A stretch of 63,127 bases of DNA, the filler included, from Reclinomonas americana ATCC 50394 (Eukaryota): assembly GCA_048213135.1 (NCBI GenBank). It is 16 parts of 16 records of this genome, joined end to end, with 100 filler letters (N's around TTAATTAATTAA, not from the genome) between each part and the next. Parts side by side here need not be neighbours in the genome. Positions count along the whole stretch, not along the records: positions 52,212 to 54,550 come from AFZH01021613.1; positions 54,651 to 58,737 come from AFZH01021615.1; positions 58,838 to 63,127 come from AFZH01021618.1; 13 more parts are not named here. The stretch is one strand, 5' to 3'. The translations under genes were made by a program, and so were the position numbers. Each line of letters begins with the position of its first letter. Position 1 is the first letter of the stretch. Below, piece after piece: positions 52,374 through 63,127 of this stretch. The notes beneath the pieces were generated by a model. The model had not been told where the DNA came from. It worked only from the letters and a program-made list of their open reading frames with translations, and did not search any database.

Positions 52374-53381
52374 GATGCAAAGTAAATGGCAGGAGTTGAG
52401 CGAGGACAGAGGCAGAGAAATGACGCGCGCGCTGAGGGCGAAAGTGAGAGTGCGTGATCCGCCAACACTCACACAACCTTCCCCTTCCAGTTCCCCTTCT
52501 CCCTCTCTCACCTGCCGTAAAATATGACGTGCTGCCAACACCGCCGGCATTGCCTTGCCCCACAGTTCCTGTACCACCTGGAGTCCCCAGCACAGCAGCA
52601 CTACCGCCGCCACTGCCACCCGAATTCCCCGGCTTGGTGCCATTCACAGTGCCACCGCCGCCTCCGCCAATCGCAATCACCGTCGTGCCAATGGACGAAT
52701 TGGCGCCATTGGCTCCATTGGCCGAGGTGACGGCGCCCAAGCCACCAGCGCCGACTGTGATGGCGTACGTGGCGCCATCGGGAACCACATTGGAGCCAGT
52801 GAGCACACCACCTGCGCCACCTCCGCCGCGACCAAACCACAGAGTGCCGGCGATTGCGCCGCCGCCACCACCGCCTCCGGCCACCACCAAGTGCTCGCGA
52901 TTGACACTGCCGGCGGGGATGCTCAGTGTGCCGCCGTTGGTACTCGTGAATGTGTGCACGGTGTAGGTGAAGCCGCTGGCGTTGACGGTGGTGATGGTGC
53001 CGCCGGTGCCGAGGAGCGTGACTTGCGCCGAGGCCAAGGTCGCGAGCAGCAGCACAAGAGAGAGGATGATGATGGACAGTGCGACGCCTGCAATGTTGTT
53101 GAATAATGAGTGCAAACTCCGCGCGCGCGAGTGTGCGTGAGAGTGGAGGGAGAGAAGAAACCAGTGTGAGGGAGAGAGAGAGAAACTGGAGTGGAACATT
53201 TTATGCGTGCGTGACAGGCGCAAAGTGCACGCGTGTGAGTGCATGTGTGAGGGAAAGAGAGAGAGAGTATGTGCACGACAACAAAGAGTGCGTGAGTGTG
53301 TGAGAGAGAGCGAGTGATAAATGCAGACGCACTTGGTTTGCATTGTGCGTGTCTCCGTTGCGGGAGAATGTCACATAGCAT
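25881..53381 (-). CDS. Giant secreted/surface adhesin-like protein: signal peptide, glycine-rich domain, bacterial Ig-like, IPT-like, then ~63 cadherin-like repeats (>6000 aa visible)
   Basis: Exon 1 53381-53333 (MLCDILPQRRHAQCKP) splices in phase 1 to 53087-52512 (SVALSIIILSLVLLLATLASA/QVT...YTVHTFT...VVAGGGGGG). Next come 51948-51066 (...GGNGGSGIVIVRY...LAIQTQPS...FATQPV...PPTYTSFAPTS), a short exon at ~50770-50822 and the repeat exons down to 26174. Candidate last exon 25960-25881 ends in TAA. Five gaps interrupt the model. Confidence 0.85.
26174..50720 (-). repeat. Coding tandem array: ~280-bp exon + ~55-75-bp intron unit (~345-bp period), ~63 units
   Basis: Consensus NVAPTAPTLSSSTYTPPLAxNGVIGTLSSTDxNTGQTLTYTITGGxNxxSFNISGTSLRSNVAGLTGNxLQVxVQVSDGxxxTASxTFTISE. 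Units typically end GAA G|GT and start AG|(T/C)C AA(T/C). Confidence 0.95.
49740..49955. repeat. Intronic 10-bp minisatellite (gagtgcagga/gagtgcagaa)
   Basis: Direct 10-mer repeats inside the ~1-kb intron between the second and third cadherin-like exons. Confidence 0.85.
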
Positions 53382-54015
53382 TGTGTGAGTGTGTGCACAC
53401 ACTCGGGCACACACACGCGCAGTCGGAGGAGTGCGTGTGCGCGGGGAAATGAGAAGCAAGAAAAATAATCAGACAAATATCGGCTCGTTCGTCGACTAAT
53501 GGAACGGTGGAAATATTGTCGGTAGCATTTCGCCCGGCAGCAGTTGTCTTTGCAGACCGCTTGTCGCAGAATATGCAGTCAGAGCAAACACCAGTCTTGA
53601 GGGCAGTGGCACGTGGAATTGGAGATGCATAAGTCAACAACGAACAAGCGCAAGCGTCGTTGAACAATGGATTTGACGCATTTACCAACCCAAAATGCTG
53701 GACACATCGAAGTCGTGAAAGGCCAGCATCATGAGACAAAGTAAAGGCGGGTCCGGATCCGTGAAGCACGCAAAACAGTGAATGCGAAGTCGTTGATAAT
53801 GAGTTTGTTTTTCTAGATCTTGCAAAAACGCCAGCTTTGCCATCTCGATCTCGACTTTCTCTCGGGTTTTCCGTAATGTCTGAGTTTCTGGTGCTCACTC
53901 AAGATGGTGATCATCATGTAGCTGTGTCGCTGTTTGGATTCGTAAAGTTGTTTGTTCAGTTGTGGTGAAGTAAAGCGCTCGTCATGCAGGACGCGCGGAA
54001 AAATCAAACGTCGCC
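53382..54015. promoter_or_regulatory. Probable bidirectional promoter region between head-to-head genes
   Basis: 634 bp between ATG 53381 (minus) and ATG 54016 (plus). Inferred from position only; no element was identified. Confidence 0.4.
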
Positions 54016-57220
<3,205 letters not shown>

Positions 57221-57927
57221 GGAGTTTAATGCATTATTGTTTGCGGAATGATGGAGCAGGGAGGCAACGTGAGTGTTTACTGCGACTGGATGCGCGGACG
57301 ATATTTGGAGAGGAGGATTGATGGGGGTGAGGGCGGGCGGAGGATAATGTTGCAGCAAGCTCAGGGAGGCGAATGCGCTGTGCTTGTCAGACAGCCAGTT
57401 GCGTTTCGTGACGTCTCTCTGCAACACGGCCAGCGACCATCTGGTACTGACTGCACACGTGCACATGCAGTATTGGATCAGGTAAGCGGCGACGGAGCGC
57501 ACTTTCTGCATGTACAGTAAGACGTACTCACATACTGTGTGTGTTGACACCGAAGGAATGGCAAGGTAGCATATGACAGTTAATCGGTGAGTTAAAAAAT
57601 TGCGAGACGAAATGGCCACGCAATCGATCACTTACTTTCTGCATGTGATTCAGCGGGGCACATTACATTCACGAAGCAACGGATGAGAAATTCGTCGCCA
57701 ACGACGTCAGTGCGTGCTGCAAGACGCAAGCATGCAAACCTTCTGTGAATCGCGCACAATAACGTTGCGTCAGCATGTACTACACTCACTTCTGACAGCC
57801 TCAAACGGAACGCAACTGGGTGGTAATGACACCTGATGTTTGTGTCATCAGTGACTTGATGCCTACATTTCTCGCAGAGGTACGGCTGTGCGATGGAGAG
57901 TCAATCAACTGCAATACTCATAGACTG

Positions 57928-58200
57928 TCAAGCGTGCAAGTCATCCGGACGCACGTCTGCCTCCTCCTCGCGCGACCTCTTCTGTGTGGTGCGTTGAGTT
58001 GCGCGATCATCGCGAGCAGCGCGCTGTTGTTGAGATACATCTGCCGCTACTGCTGCTGCTTCGCGTGCCGCGGCAGCACGATGTTGCGCATGATGTAGTC
58101 GTTCGCGCTCTGCTGCTGCTGCTTCACGTGCCTGAGAGGCTTTCTGTTGCCGCAGATGCTCCGCAATCGCTTCCTCCTCTCGCGCCCGAATTCGCGCCGG
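57928..58200 (-). CDS. Putative terminal exon of an unknown charged coiled-coil protein
   Basis: Acceptor gaacAG|CCG followed by 91 codons PARIRAREEEAIAEHLRQQKASQAREAAAAERER...DDLHA*. No family recognised. Confidence 0.45.
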   Translation of the reverse strand, partial: PARIRAREEEAIAEHLRQQKASQAREAAAAERERLHHAQHRAAAAREAAAVAADVSQQQRAARDDRATQRTTQKRSREEEADVRPDDLHA

Positions 58201-58837
58201 CTGTTCGGACGCAGATACGAAGTCAGTATGCATTGACAAAGTGCTGTACCATGTCGCGACAGTGACTGCTGACGTACATGGTAACGGCAGTCGCGTTCTG
58301 GATTGAGTTACTAGGCGATCAGACAACCGAATAACAGAATGCAGATGCAGCTAAAATGACTGCTTACCGAGATGCTGCCTCATGTCCCGGAAGGGGATCT
58401 GCGCTCCACAGTCTCGGGGACAGGGACGAAGGCACACGTTGTGATCGTGATCCTGCATTTGGCTCAGCGGTATGCGCGCACCGCAGCCACGAGTGCATGG
58501 GTGCGGGCACTCGCTCCATAAGTGCTGGTCGCGGTGATCCCTGGCTACGCCACTCCCGCACGTGTAGCACTTATTGCGGGTGAGGTTCGGGTCTTGACAG
58601 TCCGTTGCAGCATGCGTGTGGTAATACTCGCCAAGAGTCTGTATCGTGTGGTGGGGGCGAGACGCATGATTGATGTTAACACAACTCTACGACGCGTTGC
58701 GAGACTGTCGATCAAATGCTTCGTACGAACCAGTCGCNNNNNNNNNNNNNNNNNNNNNNNNNNNNNNNNNNNNNNNNNNNNTTAATTAATTAANNNNNNN
58801 NNNNNNNNNNNNNNNNNNNNNNNNNNNNNNNNNNNNN

Positions 58838-59255
58838 CAGCGAAGTCCATGATCTGGTCGACGACCTCCGAGGAATTGCCGATCGTCAGCGAGAAGGTCA
58901 GGCCCGGATAGCGCTCGCGCATGCGGGCGAGGGTGGCCATGACATGGGTGGCGCTGTCGGCGGCGATGCGCAGATGGCCGCGCTGCAGCGTGCGAGTGCC
59001 GGCGAGCAGGGACTGGGCCTCGTCCTCCGCCGCGAACAGCCGGGCGGTGATGACGAAGAGGCTCTGCCCCAGCGGCGTCAGCTTCACCTGCCGGCCGGCG
59101 CGATCGAACAGCCTGACGCCATAGGCGTCCTCCAGCCCGCGGACCTGGGCGGAGAGGGTCGGCTGGCTGACATTGCGCGTCCTGGCGGCGCCGGTGAAGC
59201 TCTGCGCCTCGGCCACGGCGTGGAAGGCGGAGAGGCCGGAATAGCTGATGGCCAT
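58838..59255 (-). CDS. LysR-type transcriptional regulator (3'-truncated), divergent from phnW
   Basis: MAISYSGLSAFHAVAEAQSFTGAARTRNVSQPTLSAQVRGLEDAYGVRLFDRAGRQVKLTPLG is a canonical LTTR helix-turn-helix. Confidence 0.93.
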
Positions 59256-59258
59256 GCC

Positions 59259-59324
59259 ATAGATCCTATCTATACAGGATATGGAAACGATGTATTGGAC
59301 CTATGTCAATCGCGATCCTAGCGT
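59259..59324 (+). promoter_or_regulatory. LysR operator (T-N11-A dyad) and candidate sigma70 promoter for phnWAY
   Basis: Perfect dyad ATAGAT-cct-ATCTAT at 59259-59273, a weaker ATGG-N7-GTAT at 59281-59295, then TGGACC-N17-TAGCGT at 59296-59324. Confidence 0.65.
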
Positions 59325-59360
59325 CGAGATCACCCGCCGCAACGACATCGCGAGACCATC

Positions 59361-60506
59361 ATGGCCCAGGCCCGCCGCCCTGCCTCCTCCGAAACCGGTG
59401 ACCCGCTTCTGCTGACACCCGGCCCGTTGACGACGAGCAAGGCCATCAAGGAAGCGATGGTGCACGACTGGGGCTCGCGCGACGCCACTTTCGTCGGGAT
59501 CAACAAGGCGGTGCTCGAGGAGCTGCCGAAGGTCATCCATGGTGGCGAGGACTTCGTCACGGTGCCGATGCAGGGCTCCGGGACCTTCGCCGTCGAGGCA
59601 ATGCTGACCACCTTCGTGCCGCGCGAGGGCAAGATCCTGGTCCTGATCAACGGCGCCTATGGCCAGCGCGCCAAGCGCATCCTGGAGATCGCGGGCCGCG
59701 CCGTCGTCGTCCACGAGACCGCGGAGGACACGCCGCCGGATCTCGCCGAGGTCGACCGCATGCTGGTGGCGGACGCCGGCATCACCCACGTCTTCACCGT
59801 CCATTGCGAGACCACCAGCGGCATCCGCAACCCGGTCGAGGCGATCGCGGCGCTGGTCAAGCGCCATGGCCGCCGGCTGCTGATCGACTCGATGAGCGCC
59901 TTCGGCGCCCTGCCGCTCGACAGCCGCGAAGTCTATTTCGACGCGGTAGCGGCGTCCTCGAACAAGTGCATCCAGGGCGTTCCCGGCCTCGGCTTCGTCA
60001 TCGCCCGCAAGAGCGCGCTGGCCGAGACCAAGGGCAACGCCACCACGCTGGTGCTCGACCTCCACGACCAGAATGCCGGCTTCGAGCGCACCGGCCAGTA
60101 CCGCTTCACCCCGCCGATCCACGTCATCGTCGCTTTCCATGCGGCGCTGCAGGAGTTCTGGGCCGAGGGCGGCGTCGCCGGGCGCGGCGAACGCTATGCC
60201 GACAATGCCCGTATCCTGATCGAAGGCATGCAGGAGCTCGGCTTCCGGACGCTGCTGCCCGCGGCTCGCCAGGCGCCGATCATCGTCACCTTCCACATGC
60301 CGCAGGACAAGAACTTCGTGTTCCAGCGCTTCTACGACGCGCTGAAGGATGCCGGCTACGTCATCTATCCCGGCAAGCTCACGGTCGCCGACAGCTTCCG
60401 CATCGGCTGCATCGGGGCGCTCGGCGCGCAGGACATGCGCAACTTCGTCGCCACCGTGTCGTCGGTCCTCGACGAGATGGGCGTCGGCCTGAAGTCGGCC
60501 GCCTGA
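59361..60506 (+). CDS. phnW: 2-aminoethylphosphonate--pyruvate transaminase
   Basis: LLLTPGPLTTS...DWGSRD...QGSGTFAVE...NGAYG...HCETTSG...DSMSAFG...SSNKCIQGVPG...RFTPP...IYPGK...FRIGCIG. Confidence 0.96.
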   Translation: MAQARRPASSETGDPLLLTPGPLTTSKAIKEAMVHDWGSRDATFVGINKAVLEELPKVIHGGEDFVTVPMQGSGTFAVEAMLTTFVPREGKILVLINGAYGQRAKRILEIAGRAVVVHETAEDTPPDLAEVDRMLVADAGITHVFTVHCETTSGIRNPVEAIAALVKRHGRRLLIDSMSAFGALPLDSREVYFDAVAASSNKCIQGVPGLGFVIARKSALAETKGNATTLVLDLHDQNAGFERTGQYRFTPPIHVIVAFHAALQEFWAEGGVAGRGERYADNARILIEGMQELGFRTLLPAARQAPIIVTFHMPQDKNFVFQRFYDALKDAGYVIYPGKLTVADSFRIGCIGALGAQDMRNFVATVSSVLDEMGVGLKSAA

Positions 60507-60516
60507 GGAGTTTGTG

Positions 60517-61770
60517 ATGAACATGCATTCGACGGTTGGTTCTGAGGTTGTGGCGAACGGGCGGGGTTATGCCCGTCCGGCTCGTCCGACGGTGGTGATC
60601 TGCATGGACGGCTCGGAGCCGGCCTATATCGAGGCGGCGAGCGCCAAGGGGCTGACGCCGAACCTCGACAAGATCATGAGGACGGGGGCGAGCACCCACG
60701 CCTATTCGGTGATCCCGAGCTTCACCAACCCGAACAACCTCTCGATCATCACCGGGCGCCCGCCGGCCTGGCACGGCATCGCCGGCAACTTCTTCTACGA
60801 CCGCGAGGCCAAGGAAGAGGTGATGATGAACGATGCCCGCTTCCTGCGCGCCCCGACTATCCTCGCCGAGTTCCAGCAGGCCGGCCTCAAGGTCGCGATG
60901 GTCACCGCCAAGGACAAGCTCAGGACCCTGCTCGGCAAGGGCCTCGACTTTTCCGCGGGCACGGCGATCGCCTTCTCCTCGGAGAAGGCCGACAAGGCGA
61001 ACATGGCGGAGAACGGCATCCAGAATGTCCTCGACTTCGTCGGCCTGCCGGTGCCGTCGGTCTATTCGGCCGATCTATCGGAGTTCGTCTTCGCCGCCGG
61101 CGTCAAGCTGCTCGAGACCTTCAAGCCAGATCTGATGTACCTCTCGACCACCGACTATGTGCAGCACAAGGCGGCGCCGGGCTCGCAGATGGCCGACAGC
61201 TTCTATGCGATGTTCGACCGCTATGTCGGCAGGCTCGACGGCCTCGGCTGCACGCTGGTGATCACCGCCGACCACGGCATGAACGACAAGCACCTGGCCA
61301 ATGGCGAGCCCGACGTCATCTATCTCCAGAGCCTGATGGACGACTGGTACGGCAAGGGCACGATGCGCGTGATCCTGCCGATCACCGACCCTTACGTCGT
61401 CCATCACGGCGCGCTCGGCTCCTTCGCCACGGTCTACCTGCCCGATGGCATGAGCCAGGAGGAGGTCGCCGCCCGCATCTCCGGGATCGAGGGCATCGCG
61501 CTGGCGGTGACCTCGGCCGAGGCCTGCGAGCGCTTCGAGCTGCCGGCCGACCGGATCGGCGACGTCGTCGCGATCTCGACCCGGCAGAAGGTGATCGGCA
61601 CCTCGCCCGACCGGCACGATCTTTCCGGCCTGACCGAGCCCTTGCGCTCGCATGGCGGCATCACCGAGCAGCGCGTGCCGATGATCGCCAACCGGCCGAT
61701 CACCGTCCCGGACGGCCGGACCCTGCGCAATTTCGACGTCTTCGACGTCGCCCTCAACCTGGTGCACTGA
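60517..61770 (+). CDS. phnA: Phosphonoacetate hydrolase (alkaline phosphatase superfamily)
   Basis: VVICMDG...[14 protein letters not shown]...HGIAGN...[11 protein letters not shown]...TADHGMNDK...[12 protein letters not shown]...LRSHGG. SD GAGGAG at 60505-60510 precedes ATG 60517. Confidence 0.95.
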   Translation: MNMHSTVGSEVVANGRGYARPARPTVVICMDGSEPAYIEAASAKGLTPNLDKIMRTGASTHAYSVIPSFTNPNNLSIITGRPPAWHGIAGNFFYDREAKEEVMMNDARFLRAPTILAEFQQAGLKVAMVTAKDKLRTLLGKGLDFSAGTAIAFSSEKADKANMAENGIQNVLDFVGLPVPSVYSADLSEFVFAAGVKLLETFKPDLMYLSTTDYVQHKAAPGSQMADSFYAMFDRYVGRLDGLGCTLVITADHGMNDKHLANGEPDVIYLQSLMDDWYGKGTMRVILPITDPYVVHHGALGSFATVYLPDGMSQEEVAARISGIEGIALAVTSAEACERFELPADRIGDVVAISTRQKVIGTSPDRHDLSGLTEPLRSHGGITEQRVPMIANRPITVPDGRTLRNFDVFDVALNLVH

Positions 61771-61772
61771 CG

Positions 61773-63127
61773 ATGAACGCGACCGTGAAGCCGCCGGTGC
61801 GGCGCGAGGCGATGCGCATCGCCGGCAAGCTGGTCTCGACCGAGGACATGGTCGAGGTCAGGAACCCCTATGACGACAGCGTCGTCGGGCTGATCCCCGC
61901 CGCCCGGCCCGAGCATGTCCGCGAGGCCTTCGCCAAGGCGAAAGCCTTCAAGCCGACGCTCTCCCGCTATGAGCGCCAGCGCATCCTGCAGAAGACGGCC
62001 GAGCTGCTGTTCGCACGCAAGGAGGAGTTCGCCCGGCTGATCACCGCCGAGGCCGGCCTGTGCTGGAAGGACTCGCTCTACGAGGCCAGCCGCGCCTATG
62101 ACGTCTGGTCGTTCGCGGCCCAGCTCACCATCAAGGACGATGGCGAGATGTTCTCCTGCGACATCTCGCCGAACGGCAAGGCCCGCAAGATCTTCACGAC
62201 GCGCCAGCCGCTGCTCGGGGTGATCTCGGCGATCACCCCGTTCAACCACCCGCTCAACATGGTCAGCCACAAGCTGGCGCCGGCGATCGCGACCAACAAC
62301 CGCCTCGTCCTCAAGCCGACCGAGCTGACGCCGCTGACGGCGCTGGCCCTGGCCGACGTGCTCTACGAGGCCGGGCTGCCGCCGGAGATGCTCTCGGTGG
62401 TCACCGGCAACCCCTCGACCATGGGCGATGCGATGATCACCGATCCCGATGCCGATCTGGTGACCTTCACCGGCTCGGTCCGGGTCGGCAAGCACATCGC
62501 CAACACCGCCGGCTACAAGCGCATCGTCCTCGAGCTCGGCGGCAACGATCCGCTGATCGTGATGGAGGACGCCGATCTCGACAAGGCGGCCGAGCTCGCG
62601 GTTGCCGGCGCGACCAAGAACTCCGGCCAGCGCTGCACCGCGGTCAAGCGCATCCTGGTGGTCGAGAGCGTCGCCGACGCCTTCGCCAGGCTCGTCGTCG
62701 AGAAGGCCAAAAAGCTCAAATGCGGCGATCCGATGGACCCGGCCACCGATGTCGGCTGCGTCATCAACGCCCGCTCGGCCGCGCTCTTCCAGGCCCGCGT
62801 CGACGATGCCGTCGCCAAGGGCGCCAAGGTGCTCCACGGCAAGCGGGCGGAGGGCGCGCTGTTCCACCCGACCGTGGTCGACCACATCCCCCATACTTGC
62901 GAGCTCGTGCACGAGGAGACCTTCGGCCCGGTCATCCCGATCATCCGGGTGCCGAACGACATCGCCGAGGTCATCCGCATCTCGAACTCGACCGCCTACG
63001 GCCTGTCCTCCGGCATCTGCACCAACCGCTTCGACTACATCCAGCGCTTTGTCGCCGAGCTCGAGGTCGGTACGGTCAATCTCTGGGAAGTCCCGGGCTA
63101 CCGGATCGAGATGTCACCCTTCGGCGG
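61773..63127 (+). CDS. phnY: Phosphonoacetaldehyde dehydrogenase (NAD+ ALDH family), runs off the window end
   Basis: Hand-translated because it is absent from the ORF track (no stop): [18 protein letters not shown]...ITPFNHPLN...KPTELTP...FTGSVRVG...LELGGNDP...[11 protein letters not shown]...EETFGP...[13 protein letters not shown]. It starts 2 nt after the phnA stop. Confidence 0.94.
   Translation, partial: MNATVKPPVRREAMRIAGKLVSTEDMVEVRNPYDDSVVGLIPAARPEHVREAFAKAKAFKPTLSRYERQRILQKTAELLFARKEEFARLITAEAGLCWKDSLYEASRAYDVWSFAAQLTIKDDGEMFSCDISPNGKARKIFTTRQPLLGVISAITPFNHPLNMVSHKLAPAIATNNRLVLKPTELTPLTALALADVLYEAGLPPEMLSVVTGNPSTMGDAMITDPDADLVTFTGSVRVGKHIANTAGYKRIVLELGGNDPLIVMEDADLDKAAELAVAGATKNSGQRCTAVKRILVVESVADAFARLVVEKAKKLKCGDPMDPATDVGCVINARSAALFQARVDDAVAKGAKVLHGKRAEGALFHPTVVDHIPHTCELVHEETFGPVIPIIRVPNDIAEVIRISNSTAYGLSSGICTNRFDYIQRFVAELEVGTVNLWEVPGYRIEMSPFG

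Noticed and set aside
28804..52966. Plus-strand ORFs repeating PPVIVYVSV...VPITPF
   Set aside because: Antisense frames of the repeat exons; splice signals and the signal peptide are on the minus strand.
58738..58837. Horizontal transfer of phnWAY into the eukaryote
   Set aside because: The junction is an artificial linker and the bacterial segment shows no introns or amelioration.
59301..62912. Long minus-strand ORFs (407, 230, 492 aa)
   Set aside because: Antisense shadows of high-GC phnW, phnA and phnY.

Overview
The window is a concatenation of 16 segments joined by an artificial 100-bp linker (N44-TTAATTAATTAA-N44). Bases 1-58737 are intron-rich eukaryotic, probably protist, DNA with GT-AG introns of about 50-75 nt plus longer CT/GA-microsatellite introns. 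In order they hold: the last exon of a TMEM41/VTT protein; a spliced, apparently degenerate AAA-ATPase-like + PD-(D/E)XK gene with inverted repeats nearby; a large Pmp-like beta-helix/Cys-rich/multi-TM surface receptor and the 3' part of a tandem paralog; a giant gene of at least 27 kb encoding signal peptide, Gly-rich domain, Ig/IPT-like domains and about 63 hand-counted bacterial-type cadherin-like repeats, mostly one per phase-1 exon; and a divergently transcribed, signal-peptide-bearing GH31 resembling sulfoquinovosidase YihQ. Bases 58838-63127 are a separate intronless, GC-rich bacterial contig carrying LysR-phnW-phnA-phnY (2-aminoethylphosphonate catabolism). All gene models were spliced by eye, family assignments come from motif recognition without database searches, and gap sizes are unknown.
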